NCBI GenBank assembly: GCA_964016885.1
Contig: OZ024759.1
Coordinates: 16,926,001 to 16,990,000, forward strand
Length of the DNA stretch: 64,000 nt
Direction: 5' to 3'
DNA from: Eledone cirrhosa
Taxonomy: Eukaryota
Part shown: positions 23,540 through 36,984 of the stretch, one piece after another
Layout: each line of letters starts with the position of its first letter
Numbering within the stretch: the stretch's first letter is position 1
The notes under the pieces: model-generated
Databases searched by the model: none
The model's input: the letters and a program-made list of their open reading frames with translations, nothing else
What the model was told of the DNA's origin: nothing
Program-made: the position numbers and the translations under genes

Positions 23540-24780
23540 CTCATAGATTGACACATATATAGAAAAATACACAGATTTAGAGAGACATACTCGTACTCAA
23601 CGCTCCTACACATATATACAGCTGCACATATGCTCACAGACGCAGCTTTATCACTATATACACATAGATTCACATGTACATATGCACATGTATAAAAACA
23701 CTCACACATTGACATGTATATAGAAAAATACACAGATTTAGAGACATACTCGTACTCATACATATACACATGTATACAGCTGCACATATGCTCACAGACG
23801 CAGCTTTATCACTATATACACATAGATTCACATGTACATATGCACATGTATAAAAACACTCACACATTGACACGTATATAGAAAAATACACAGATTTAGA
23901 GAGACATACTCGTACTCATACATATACACATGTATACAGCTGCACATATGCTCACAGACGCAGATTTATCACTATATACACATAAATTCACATGTACATA
24001 TGCACATGCATAAAAACACTCACACATTGACACGTATATAGAAAAATACACAGATTTAGAGAGACATACTCGTACTCATACATATACACATGTATACAGC
24101 TGCACATATGCTCACAGACGCAGATTTATCACTATATACACATAAATTCACATGTACATATGCACATGCATAAAAACACTCACACATTGACACGTATATA
24201 GAAAAATACACAGATTTAGAGAGACATACTCGTACTCATACATATACACATGTATACAGCTGCACATATGCTCACAGACGCAGATTTATCACTATATACA
24301 CATAAATTCACATGTACATATGCACATGCATAAAAACACTCACACATTGACACGTATATAGAAAAATACACAGATTTAGAGAGACATACTCGTACTCATA
24401 CATATACACATGTATACAGCTGCACATATGCTCACAGACGCAGATTTATCACTATATACACATAAATTCACATGTACATATGCACATGCATAAAAACACT
24501 CACACATTGACACGTATATAGAAAAATACACAGATTTAGAGAGACATACTCGTACTCATACATATACACATGTATACAGCTGCACATATGCTCACAGACG
24601 CAGATTTATCACTATATACACATAAATTCACATGTACATATGCACATGCATAAAAACACTCACACATTGACACGTATATAGAAAAATACACAGATTTAGA
24701 GAGACATACTCGTACTCAACACTCCTACACATGTATACAGCTGCACATATGCTCACAGAAACAGCTGCATCACTATACAC
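23540..24780. repeat. 160-bp tandem repeat, ~7.5 copies
   Basis: CAGATTTAGAGAGACATACTCG at 23891, 24051, 24211, 24371, 24531, 24691. Confidence 0.95.
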
Positions 24781-25034
24781 ACACACACACATTCCTGCAA
24801 CAAATGCACTTCAAACATTAAATGATCTACATCACTACTTCATACAAGCAGATAGACACCCACACATTCATATAATATCAACCCTCTCTCTCTGATCATT
24901 CATCATTGTCCACTCACATTTCTTGTCAGATGAAGGATCAATGTCTGAAACATTGAAGACTCTTTATTTCCCTTTCACCTAAGTGTTAACTCAATCATTT
25001 CCATAATTTCTTCTTCACATTGCAAAAGCCTTCT

Positions 25035-25814
25035 TTAACCCTTTAGCAATTAAACCAGCCAGAATTCTCTCACCCTTTTCTGTTCAAACTGGCTGTAACC
25101 GGTCGCTAATACTGATGTTAAGGTATTGTTCTCGAAATAAATAATACCAAAATCTCAGAGATTCGATATTATGTGAAATAAAGTGTTTGCTTTGAACATA
25201 CAATCGCAAATATAGAGTAATGTAAATGTTATGTGATATATTATGTGAGGTAAAGCCTTTGCTGTGAAAATACAATAGTAATATAGAGTAATGTAAATGT
25301 TATGTGATATATTATGTGAGGTAAAGCCTTTGCTGTGAAAATACAATAGCAAATATAGAGTAATGTAAATGTTATGTGATATATTATGTGAGGTAAAGCC
25401 TTTGCTATGAAAATACAATAGCAAATATAGAGTAATGTAAATGTTATGTGATATATTATGTGAGGTAAAGCCTTTGCTTTGAAAATACAATAGCAAATAT
25501 AGAGTAATGTAAATGTTATGTGATATATTATGTGAGGTAAAGCCTTTGCTGTGAAAATACAATAGCAAATATAGAGTAATGTAAATGTTATGTGATATAT
25601 TATGTGAGGTAAAGCCTTTGCTGTGAAAATACAATAGCAAATATAGAGTAATGTAAATGTTATGTGATATATTATGTGAGGTAAAGCCTTTGCTGTGAAA
25701 ATACAATAGCAAATATAGAGTAATGTAAATGTTATGTGATATATTATGTGAGGTAAAGCCTTTGCTGTGAAAATACAATAGCAAATATAGAGTAATGTAA
25801 ATGCTAAAGGGTTA
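25035..25814. mobile_element. TTAA-flanked (piggyBac-like) MITE containing a 72-bp x ~8 tandem expansion
   Basis: TTAACCCTTTAGCA...TGCTAAAGGGTTAA termini; 24-aa periodic ORFs at 25205-25805. Confidence 0.85.
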
Positions 25815-25965
25815 AGGTTGATCATAAAAAAAAAGAAAAGAAATAAAGACAACTTCAACAGAAGAAATAAAAAAAAAACTCTTCATGATGGCAGAAAAAA
25901 ATAGATTGAATGACGGATTAGCAAAAAAATAATTTTTGTTTTTAATTACAGAACCTTTGTTGGTT

Positions 25966-26180
25966 TTACCCTTTAGCATTTAAACTGGCCATATCCAGCC
26001 AGAATTCTTTCACCCCTTTCTGTTCAAACTGGCTGTAACTAGCCACTCATACTGATGTTAAGGTATTGTTCTCAAGATAAATAATATCAAAATCTCATAG
26101 ATTCGATATTATGTGAGGTAAAGCCTTTACCGTGAAAATATAATAGTATATACAGAGTAACGTAAATGCTAAAGGGTTAA
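25966..26180. mobile_element. ~215-bp TTAA MITE (other copies at ~22859-23205, 32029-32219, 41560-41787, 59520-59748, partial 54090-54188)
   Basis: CCCTTTAGCATTTA TIRs, shared internal sequence. Confidence 0.85.
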
Positions 26181-26818
26181 AAGAAATTAAAACTATTTTT
26201 TTTTTTCTGTCTGTTTCGTGTTAATGTCCACAGTGAAAACAACCGATAGAATGGAAATCGTTAAATAATTATGACTAGAAATTTCTCTTGAAGTTCTAGT
26301 TGGTGAAGTGATGACCTCAATATGACTCCTCAAATATCCATTCCTCACTTCATTAAGACAAAAAAATTCATATTTTGTTTTAATTGCAGACATTAATAGG
26401 GATAACAGCTTAATGTTTTATAATATTTGTCATGTTGTTATAGCTGTTGTAAGTTTTACTATAATTTGGTGGTGTGACCACTGTTGTTGCTATGGCTGAC
26501 TTGTCATAGTTATGGCATTATTATTATTGGTATTGGTGGTGTTGTTGTTGTTGTTATGCCTGACTGTTGTTGTTATAGCTGTTGTCATAGTTATGGCATT
26601 GTTGGTATTAGTGGTGGTGGTGGTGGTGGTGTTATTCCTGACTGTTGTTGCTATGGCTCTTAATGTTGCTATGGTTTATGTTATGGGTGGCTGTTGTCAA
26701 TATTGTCATAGTTATGGCTGTGTTATTAATTATGGGGAGAGGGGGGGGGGCGTTAATTGATATAGTACACCTGACAGGTAACTCCACCAGGTATACCCAC
26801 ATCCTAGGTGTCCCATAT

Positions 26819-26988
26819 TTATGATTCACTGACAGGAATACTTTCATGTACATATGATAATTTACCAGTAGAAAAATCAACAACTGTTTGGCCTTCTCCA
26901 CGCAGCACCCACTTTGTTGTTAGTAACCCTTCAACCCCAACAGGGCCCCGTGCATGGATACGACTTGTACTAATTCCTACTTCAGCAC
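26819..26988 (-). CDS. ALDH18A1: P5CS coding exon 14 (terminal)
   Basis: [27 protein letters not shown]...stop TAA; 170 nt. Confidence 0.97.
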
Positions 26989-27387
26989 CTGAAAGAATAA
27001 AAATAACATACAATATTTTCTAGAATATAAGACACAAACTTATTTTGAAGAACAAATTTCATGGAAAAAAATAAATGTGAATATTCAAGATTCCTATGTG
27101 GAAGGAAGTTGCAGTAAAGGAAGACAAAGGAAAACCTGGATTGAGGTGGTTAGAGCTGATCTTAAACCCTGAATGTTATAGAAAAGATGGATGTGTGCAT
27201 CTATGGGAAAGCATCGATAAGATGAGAGAGAAACTGCATATAACAGAAATAAGATGTAGTGTGCAAGAGAGAAGACTGTGTTGGTATGGTCATGATTGTT
27301 GAGTAAAGAACTGGGTATAAGAAGAATCAGATGTAGTGTACAGGAGAGAAGACTGTGTTAGTATCAATATGTGATGTGTATGGATGT

Positions 27388-28075
27388 TGACCAATGTCAC
27401 ATCAGACCAGTGTTACAGTAGACCAGTGTTACAGTAGACCAATGTCACATCAGACCAGTGTTACATCAGACCAGTGTTACAGTAGACCAGTGTCACATCA
27501 GACCAGTGTTACAGTAGACCAGTGTTACAGTAGACCAGTGTCACATCAGACCAGTGTCACATCAGACCAGTGTTACAGTAGACCAGTGTCACATCAGACC
27601 AGTGTTACATCAGACCAGTGTTACAGTAGACCAGTGTCACATCAGACCAGTGTTACAGTAGACCAATGTCACATCAGACCAGTGTTACAGTAGACCAATG
27701 TCACATCAGACCAGTGTCACATCAGACCAGTGTTACAGTAGGCCAATGTCACATCAGACCAGTGTTACAGTAGATAAATGTCACATCAGACCAGTGTTAC
27801 AGTAGACCAATGTCACATCAGACCAGTGTTACAGTAGACCAATGTCACATCAGACCAGTATTACAGTAGACCAGTGTCACATCAGACCAGTGTTACAGTA
27901 GACCAATGTCACATCAGACCAGTGTTACAGTAGATAAATGTCACATCAGACCAGTGTTACAGTACACCAATGTCACATCAGACCAATGTCGCATCAGACC
28001 AGTGTTACAGTAGACCAGTGTCACATCAGACCAGTGTTACAGTAGACCAGTGTCACATCAGACCAATGTCACACC
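27388..28075. repeat. 16-bp minisatellite with variant units, ~43 copies
   Basis: GACCAGTGTTACAGTA / GACCA(A/G)TGTCACATCA alternation. Confidence 0.95.
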
Positions 28076-28110
28076 AAAACAATAAATCATAAGGAGGTAT
28101 GGTTACTTAC

Positions 28111-28206
28111 CTAGTCCAAACCTGTAGCCATCTGAGAAACGTGTGCTGATATTGTGGAAAACACAAGCACTGTCGACTGTTTTCAGAAATCTTTCAGCAA
28201 CAGCAG
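28111..28206 (-). CDS. ALDH18A1: P5CS coding exon 13
   Basis: [29 protein letters not shown]; 96 nt. Confidence 0.96.
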
Positions 28207-28244
28207 CTGTAGGATATGGAAAGAACAGGAGATTAGAACATTTA

Positions 28245-28575
28245 CATCATTTTACGTCCACTTTTCCCTGCTTGCAAGGGTGGGACGGGAACTGATTCTG
28301 GCTTGATTTCTAAAGCTGGATGCCCTTCCTAACACCAACCTCATTTACAATGAGTGCTGGGTGCTTTTTTGCCGTGGCACCTCCACGACCACTTTGCAGT
28401 GGAATGATAGGGACCCCAGTCCCTATCATCTCATTTCTACAGCTGAGTAAACTGGAGCAATGTGAAATAAAGTGTCTTGCTCAAGGAAACAACACATCAC
28501 CCGGTCTGAGAATTGAACTCACAACCTTTCGATTGCAAGCCCAATGCTCTAACCACTAAGCAATGTGCCTCCATC
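28245..28575 (-). mobile_element. tRNA-derived CORE-type SINE
   Basis: A/B boxes, CCTTGAGCAAGACACTT core, GAT tail. Confidence 0.85.
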
Positions 28576-28760
28576 ACAATATAAAATGATAGCGCTGGGG
28601 ACACGACAAAAGACACCCAGTCCACTCTGTAATGTGGTAGGGCTGGGGCCTCGACAAAAGACACCCAGTCCACTCTGTAATGTGGTAGGGCTTGGGCCAG
28701 ACTTGACATGGACGACCTGACTAACCCAAGCAAGCATGGAAAATGGAGGTTAAATGGTGA

Positions 28761-28795
<35 letters not shown>

Positions 28796-28872
28796 TATAC
28801 TTACATCTGTGTGTATATATGTCTATCTGTGTACATGTATATACTTATATATATCTATCTGTGTGTATATAT

Positions 28873-29260
28873 ATGGCTTAGTGGTTAGAGTATTGGCCTT
28901 GCAATCGAAAGGTTGTGAGTTCAATTCTCTGACTGGGTGATGTGTTGTTTCCTTGAGCAAGACACTTTATTTCACATTGCTCCAGTTTACTCAGCTGTAG
29001 AAATGAGATGATAGGGACTGGGGTCCCTATCATCATTCCACTGCAAAGTGGTCGTGGAGGTGCCACGGCAAAAAAGCACCCAGCCCACACTGTAATGTGG
29101 ACGTGAAGGTGCTACGGATAAAAAAGCACCCAGCACTCACTGTAAATGAGGTTGGTGTTAGGAAGGGCATCCATCTGTAGAAATCAAGACAGAATCAGTT
29201 CCCGTCCCACCCTTGCAAGCAGAGAAAAGCGGACGTAAAATGATGATGATGATGATGATA
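28873..29260 (+). mobile_element. tRNA-derived CORE-type SINE
   Basis: TGGCTTAGTGG A box, GAGTTCAATTC B box, (GAT)n tail. Confidence 0.88.
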
Positions 29261-29434
29261 TATGTCTATGAATAATTGTATAAATATCATCATCATCACC
29301 GTTCTATGTCCATTTTTCCATGCTAGCATGGGTTAGACGAGTTGTCCTGTTGTTGGCAATGCTAGGTCAGGTGACCATGTCTTAGTCATACAGAACTGAT
29401 TTTGACTTGGTTTCAACAGCAGGATGCCAACCTA

Positions 29435-31095
29435 TTTACAGTGAGTACTGGGTACTTTTTAATGTGTCACCTACATGACCACTTTACAGTGTGGACTGGG
29501 TACTTTTTAATGTGACACCTACATGACCACTTTACAGTGAGTACTGGGTACTTTTTAATGTGTCACCTACATGACCACTTTACAGTGAGTACTGGGTACT
29601 TTTTAATGTGTCACCTACATGACCACTTTACAGTGTGGACTGGGTACTTTTTAATGTGTCGCCTACATGACCACTTTACAGTGTGGACTGGGTACTTTTT
29701 AATGTGTCACCTACATGACCATTTTACAGTGTGGACTGGGTACTTTTTAATGTGTCTCCTACATGACCACTTTACAGTGAGTACTGGGTACTTTTTAATG
29801 TGTCACCTACATGACCCCTTTACAGTGTGGACTGGGTACTTTTGAATGTGTCACCTACATGACCACTTTACAGTGTGGACTGGGTACTTTTTAATGTGTC
29901 ACCTACATGACCACTTTACAGTGAGTACTGGGTACTTTTTAATGTGTCACCTACATGACCCCTTTACAGTGTGGACTGGGTACTTTTTAATGTGTCACCT
30001 ACATGACCACTTTACAGTGAGTACTGGGTACTTTTTAATGTGTCGCCTACATGACCCCTTTACAGTGTGGACTGGGTACTTTTTAATGTGTCACCTACAT
30101 GACCCCTTTACAGTGTGGACTGGGTACTTTTTAATGTGTCGCCTACATGACCCCTTTACAGTGTGGACTGGGTACTTTTTAATGTGTCACCTACATGACC
30201 CCTTTACAGTGTGGACTGGGTACTTTTTAATGTGTCACCTACATGACCCCTTTACAGTGTGGACTGGGTACTTTTTAATGTGTCACCTACATGACCACTT
30301 TACAGTGTGGACTGGGTACTTTTAAATGTGTCACCTACATGACCCCTTTACAGTGTGGACTGGGTACTTTTTAATGTGTCACCTACATGACCCCTTTACA
30401 GTGTGGACTGGGTACTTTTTAATGTGTCACCTACATGACCACTTTACAGTGTGGACTGGGTACTTTTTAATGTGTCACCTACATGACCCCTTTACAGTGT
30501 GGACTGGGTACTTTTTAATGTGTCACCTACATGACCCCTTTACAGTGTGGACTGGGTACTTTTTAATGTGTCACCTACATGACCCCTTTACAGTGTGGAC
30601 TGGGTACTTTTTAATGTGTCACCTACATGACCCCTTTACAGTGTGGACTGGGTACTTTTTAATGTGTCACCTACATGACCCCTTTACAGTGTGGACTGGG
30701 TACTTTTTAATGTGTCACCTACATGACCCCTTTACAGTGTGGACTGGGTACTTTTTAATGTGTCACCTACATGACCCCTTTACAGTGTGGACTGGGTACT
30801 TTTTAATGTGTCACCTACATGACCCCTTTACAGTGTGGACTGGGTACTTTTTAATGTGTCACCTACATGACCCCTTTACAGTGTGGACTGGGTACTTTTT
30901 AATGTGTCACCTACATGACCACTTTACAGTGTGGACTGGGTACTTTTTAATGTGTCACCTACATGACCACTTTACAGTGTGGACTGGGTACTTTTTAATG
31001 TGTCACCTACATGACCCCTTTACAGTGTGGACTGGGTACTTTTAATGTGTCACCTACATGACCCCTTTACAGTGTGGACTGGGTACTTTTTTGCT
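29435..31095. repeat. 48-bp minisatellite, ~34 copies, amplified from a SINE-body segment
   Basis: 16-aa periodic ORFs; unit resembles TTTACAGTGTGGACTGGG-G-TTTTT in neighbouring SINE copies. Confidence 0.95.
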
Positions 31096-31454
31096 GTGCC
31101 ACCATCACGACCAGTTTACAGTGTGGGCTGGGGGCTTCACTGGATGTATACTTTGGTCTGTCCTCATGGGAGATGTATAGGAGGGTGGAGTGTGGCATAC
31201 TATATATATGCTTCAGCTTCGGCCTGTGCCCGTGGAAAGTTGGGTCTTCTGTATTATTGCATAATGCCAGAGATCTTTGTCCTTTGTCATCGCCTTTGAG
31301 AGGTGCAATTGGGCAAGGTGGGCTTTTATCACCTCATCCCAAGTCTTCCTATGTCTCCCTACTCCAAGGCTTCCATTGACTTTGAGCGCTCTTATGCCTA
31401 GTTTCTCTCTCAGTTCGTTTATGCTTTGCCGTCCACTTATATTATTATTACACA

Positions 31455-31645
31455 GGGCAGTGGATTGGCAGTATCGGTAGAGAGTCGGACGCCATGCTTT
31501 GCAGCATAGGAGTTACGTCCCTTTACGGTCTGAGTTCAAATCCTGCCGAGGTTAACTTTGCCTTTCATCCTTATGGGGTCGATAAAATAAAGTACCAGTA
31601 ATGCACTGGGTAATTGCTGGCCTTGTGCCAAAAGTAGAAACAAAT
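31455..31645 (+). mobile_element. MetaSINE-like SINE (minus copies at 44630-44820, 46435-46622, 49765-49948; older copies at 41990-42600, 55040-55110, 58020-58180)
   Basis: GAGTTCAAATC B box followed by GCCTTTCATCCTT..GGGGTCGATAAAATAAAGTACCAG. Confidence 0.8.
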
Positions 31646-31789
31646 ATTATTACACATCCATTGGAGCATGCAAGCTTCATTTCTTTCCAATCTACTCAAG
31701 TCTTCTGCATACAGCGCCCAGGTCTCACTACCATATATAAATGGACATATATTTTTAAAAAATCCTAAAAATATCCAAATTCAGCTTAC

Positions 31790-31976
31790 CGTTTTCAGTG
31801 AGGATGGTCTCTGTGTGAGCACTGCCATACTTGTGAATGTGAGAAATGGCATCATCAACATCGTCTACAATTTCAACAGCACATTCTAAACAGCTATACT
31901 CCATATTCATACGAACTGCTGGAGAAGGCCCAAATTTCAGTAAGCTTGTTAAACGAGGTCCAGCATGAACTTTCAC
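31790..31976 (-). CDS. ALDH18A1: P5CS coding exon 12
   Basis: VKVHAGP...EY..LEC...AISHIHKYGSAHTETILTEN; 187 nt. Confidence 0.97.
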
Positions 31977-32953
31977 CTGTCAGAAAAGTTAAGAAAATGA
32001 TCACTAATAAGATACAAAGGAGAAATGTTTAACCCTTTAACATTTACTATTGTATTTTCACAGTAAAGGCTTTACTTCAGATAATATCGAATCTATGAGA
32101 TTTTGATATTATTCACTTTGAGAACAAATGTAGGTATGAGCAGCCAGTTGTGGCTGGTTTGAACAGAAAGCGGTGAGAGTTCTGGCCGGATATGGCTGGT
32201 TTAAATGCTAAAGGGTGAAACATTAATACACCCTATTTCAATTATTTTCTGTGGAATTTTGAAAGGTTTACTAAATTTATTAATTATTTCTTTACTAAAA
32301 TACTAACTTCACATATGGTTCTTATACTAAATTACGTTGGATGATTTTAATTTAAATCCTTTGTCACTACATTTCAAATGTAATATAATTTGTGGAATAT
32401 TTTGAGAGATTTACTATCTTTATTATTTCATTATAAGATAGTAACTTAACCTATGGTTCTTATATAAAATTTTGTTGGAAGATTTTAATTTAAATAGGAA
32501 CTCTTTCAAAGGGATGATTCTGTTTCCTAGAACCAGAGCTGGTATCAAAAGGGTTAAAAAAACCCTGTACATTTACACTACACATCATAAACAACTGTCT
32601 ACACTTACAGTTTATATCATAACCATTTGTCTACACTTACAGTTTATATCATAACTATTTCTATAAACTTACATTTTATATATTAGCCATTTGACTACAA
32701 TTACACTTTACATCATAACCACTTATATACATTTACACATTATATCATAACCATTTGACTACACTTACACCATCACCACTTATATACATTTACACATTAT
32801 ATCATAACCATTTGACTACACTTACATTTTACATCATAACCACTTATATACATTTACACATTATATCATAACCATTTGACTACACTTACATTTTACATCA
32901 TAACCACTTATATACATTTACACATTATATCATAACCATTTGACTACACTTAC

Positions 32954-33075
32954 ATTTTCCAACTTAAACATTTCAAATATTTTATCAAACACGTCAGTTC
33001 TGAAGAGTTGCCGATGTATAAGGAGGGTTTCCATTGCATTACAAGCAGCTGGGTAATCACATTTGGAGTCTTTCA
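32954..33075 (-). CDS. ALDH18A1: P5CS coding exon 11 (catalytic Cys)
   Basis: [20 protein letters not shown]; 122 nt. Confidence 0.97.
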
Positions 33076-33094
33076 CTGTAAATAGAGAAAGTAT

Positions 33095-34025
33095 ATATAT
33101 ATGAATAGCAGGTTGTATGATGCCTGCATACGAACAGCAATGTTGCATGGTAGTGAGACCTGGGCATTGTGTGCAGAAGATATACGCAGACTAGAGAGGA
33201 ACGAAGCTTGCATGCTCCGCTGGATGTGTAATAGTAACATACGTGAACGGCAAAGCATAAGCGAACTAAGGAAAAAATTAGAAATAAGAGGGATCAGATG
33301 TTGTTTACTCGAGAGAAGGCTACGTTGGTATGGTCACGTGATGCGCATGAAAGACGACAGCTGTATAACAAAGTGCAGGGCAATAAAGATAGACGGTAGC
33401 TACGGAGTAGGCAGACCCAGAAAAACCTGGGACGAGCTGATAAATTCTGACCTCACACACTTACACCTCTCCAAGACAATGTCACTGGACCGAGACCTTT
33501 GGCGGTACTCAGTAATAGAGAAGACCCGCCTTACCTAAATACAAAGTAAAACCTACTACAGTCAGTAGGCATCTCTAACAAAATACACCCCCGTCCCACC
33601 ACCCCCACCCCATCCACACCGCCCCTTTCAATGTAAAGTTATGTTGGTGCCACAACATCCAGGCCGAAACAAATGAGATCGTGTAGACACAGTCCACGCT
33701 GTAATGTGGTCGTGTAGGCAACACGGTAAAAACCTCCCAGCCCCACACTGTAAATGTGGTTGGTGTTAGGAAGGGCATCCAACTGTAGAAAACCCGCCAG
33801 ACAGTCCACGCTGTAATGTGGTCGTGTAGGCAACACGGTAAAAACCTCCCAGCCCCACACTGTAAATGTGGTTGGTGTTAGGAAGGGCATCCAGCTGTAG
33901 AAAACCCGCCAGACAGTCCTATGCGAGCAAGACAATCACTCTTGCCTCAAGTGGGACTACCCCCGTCCAAACCCATGCAAGCGTAGAACACGGACGTTAA
34001 ACGTTGATGATGATGATGATGATGA
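33095..34025 (+). mobile_element. 5'-truncated RTE-like LINE 3' end with (GAT)n tail
   Basis: MLHGSETW...RRLRWYGHVMR...GRPRKTW; near-identical copy at 43010-43785, shorter copy at 52515-53055. Confidence 0.88.
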
Positions 34026-34567
34026 TATGTTATATCATCATCATCATCATTGTAAATAGAGAAGGTATTATATATGTTGTATCAACATCGTCACTATAAA
34101 TAAAGATCATCATCATCATCTTCACATATATATATGTTATATCAGCATCATCATCTTCTTCGCCCACTTATTCCTGAAAGGGTCATGGGGGCAGAGTCCT
34201 CAAACACTACCTGCAGTGGGTCCTGTCAGAAGCAACCATCTCCAACTGATCCAGCTGGATCCCCAAACATGACCAGCCAATGGATGTTATCCAACCATCT
34301 TGCTCAGGGTCTACCCCTGGCTCTCCTGCCAGTTTTTTTACCCATAAAATCTGTCCAGTGATTCTCTCCTGAGACATTCTAACCACATGCCAAGAGTATC
34401 AGAGCTGTCATCTCTCAATTCGGAGAAGTACCTGGAGTGACTCTCTAAAATCAAAATGGCGCTCCAGCACAGTCGAGGTTTAATAACTGAAACCAGTAAA
34501 AAACAATAAAATAATATATGAATATGTACAGAAAATATAAAACTTTATAGAAGAACATCTCTCTTAC

Positions 34568-34763
34568 CAATTTCAATGACTTTATTGGGGTCAGCATCTT
34601 TATCTATGTAGACATGGCATACACCTTCACTGTGTCCCAACACAGGAATACCTTTGCTCATTTCCTGAATCTTGGACACCAATTCATTGGATCCTCTTGG
34701 AATAACGAGGTCAATATATTCATCTAGTGACATCAAATCTTCAATGTCTTCACGTCGACTCAC
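34568..34763 (-). CDS. ALDH18A1: P5CS coding exon 10
   Basis: IDLVIPRGS...[16 protein letters not shown]; 196 nt. Confidence 0.97.
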
Positions 34764-34974
34764 CTGAAATTATACATTAATTCATAATTCCCTGTCCTCT
34801 AATACACACCACCACATATACTTGCAGGTCTTGAATAATCGTCCACCCCCTCCGTTAATTAATTTTTCTAACCCCCAAAACTTATTATCCTTTTAGCATA
34901 TACACTACTCTATATATACTATTGTATTTTTGCAGTAAAGGCTTTACTTTAAATAATCTCTCACATGAAACGCT

Positions 34975-36080
34975 ACTATAAGAGGTTAATGAATGTGGAG
35001 AATGAATGGGAGGAAGGGAGACTACTCTCCACTAACTCAACAGAGGGACTAGTTATCGAAATTGACAATTATGGGGTCAAAAGCCACAGGTCCATGCTGA
35101 AAGCATCTAGGGAAATAAGTGTTGAATAAGTCAATCGGATAATTCAGGACGGGGCCATACCCAATGACTAGTGCAACAGTATAATCATTAATTGCTACAA
35201 GAAAAAAGGTGATGCTCTAGAAAGGAGCAACTATAGGGTCATAAAACTGATGGATCAAGAGCACAACAAATTAGGGAATGAGTCAATGTAGATGAGATGC
35301 CAAGGAAGAGCACCACAGATGCCCTCTTTTTAGTGAGACAACTACAAGAGACGATCTTAGCTAAGAGTAAGCCTCTATATCTAGCTTTTGTTCATCTAGA
35401 GAAAGCCTTTGACAGAATACTCCAATTGATTATCTGATGGTTCTTAAGGAAATTAGGTGTAGAGGAGTGACTTGTAAGAGCAGTACAAGTCATGTACAGT
35501 GAAGCTGTCAGTAAAGTTAGAATAGGAAGTGAGTTTAGTGAGGAATTCAAGGTACATGTAGGAGTGCATGGGGGTTTAGTCCTTAGCCCACTCCTGTTTA
35601 TCATAGTCATCCAGGCAATAAGAGTAGCTTAAGATTGGTTGCCCATGGGAACTTCTGTATGCCAATGATCTGGTACTCATAGTTAAATGTGAGGAAGAAC
35701 TAGAGAATAAATGCTGGCTGTGGAAAAAGAACTTAAAATCAAATGAGTAAATTTAGCAAACCCCAAATGTTAATAAGTAGGAAAGAAGATCGAGAACCAA
35801 TCTCATCAGAGAAGTGACCTTGCTTGAAATGTAGAGAAAGAGTAGGCATAAACTCTATATGGTGTACACAATGCAAATCTTGGGTACACAAGAGTGAGCG
35901 AAGTGGAATAACAGGCAAACTAACAGGAAAGGAATACTTTGTATGCAGATGTTCAGGGTCAATTGATAGTAAGAGTGCCAATAATAAAATAAATATAAAC
36001 CTTTTCCAATCCCAGGAAAAGCCATAGAAGTCGTTGATTGTTTCTGCTATCTAGGTGATATAATTAGCAGTGGAGGACAG
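34975..36080 (+). mobile_element. Degraded RTE-like LINE RT fragment
   Basis: Broken STTDA, LEKAFDR, GVH-G--LSPLLF, ELLYAND motifs and Cys-rich segment. Confidence 0.8.
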
Positions 36081-36198
36081 TAAGCCTGATGCTCTAACCA
36101 CGATACTAATGTTTAAATAACATATTACTTATTGTAGTCATAACTACAATACACAATCACAGAACAGCATATAAAAATAAATAATGACATATACTTAC

Positions 36199-36336
36199 TA
36201 GAGAGACTGCTTCTTTCGGTACATAAGGCTCAAGGGCATCTTGGACGAGTTCTTGTAAAAGTTTGTTACTGTTAGAAGCTTCCTTCCCACCTTTTAGCAA
36301 CAAACCATTGGCACTGGCAATGGCAAGAGCTGCAAC
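36199..36336 (-). CDS. ALDH18A1: P5CS coding exon 9
   Basis: [24 protein letters not shown]...; 138 nt; AG/GT bounded. Confidence 0.96.
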
Positions 36337-36847
36337 CTAATAGAGATGAGGTATTGTCATTGAGATAAGTGGTGATGGCAGCGGTGGTGGTAGGAAGAGG
36401 CGGAGAACAACACCACCAACACCAAGCACAACAGTAACAATAACACTAAGAAGAATAACAAATGTTTTACGATGACGCTTCCCGAAATACGCCAAAACTA
36501 CACCTGATGTACCCCTTCCATACACATGCACACATGTGTGTATCATGACTCGTGCACTGTTCATTTTACTGATGTTTGTGCATTGCCCTATGTACTGTAC
36601 ATGCACTTTTTTGATGAGTTGTGGTGCACCTGGGCACTGTGCACAATATTTCATTATTGTTATTGTTATTATATCATGTCTCGTACACTGTTCATTTTCC
36701 TGACATTTGTACATTATTCTATGTACTATACATGCACCTTTGATGAGTTATAGTGCACCTGAGCACTGTACACAATAATTTCATTATTATTATTATGATG
36801 TACTACATGTACAGGAATAATCTTTATCTTGTTATGTACTATATGTA

Positions 36848-36881
<34 letters not shown>

Positions 36882-36984
36882 CAGTGTATATATATATATA
36901 TATATAGTGTATATATATATATATATATATACACACATGGTGCATGTATTGGACAGGTTCTCTCTCAGCCCATATCTAACATAT

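Noticed and set aside
25155-25858. 205/209-aa periodic ORFs (likewise 48498-49061 and 51172-51999)
   Set aside because: Minisatellite translations
26512-26760. Hydrophobic 82-aa ORF
   Set aside because: GTT/GGT low-complexity tract antisense to the P5CS 3' UTR
29537-31045. His/Cys periodic ORFs; CRISPR-like appearance
   Set aside because: 48-bp head-to-tail repeat without unique spacers, intronic in a eukaryotic gene, no cas genes
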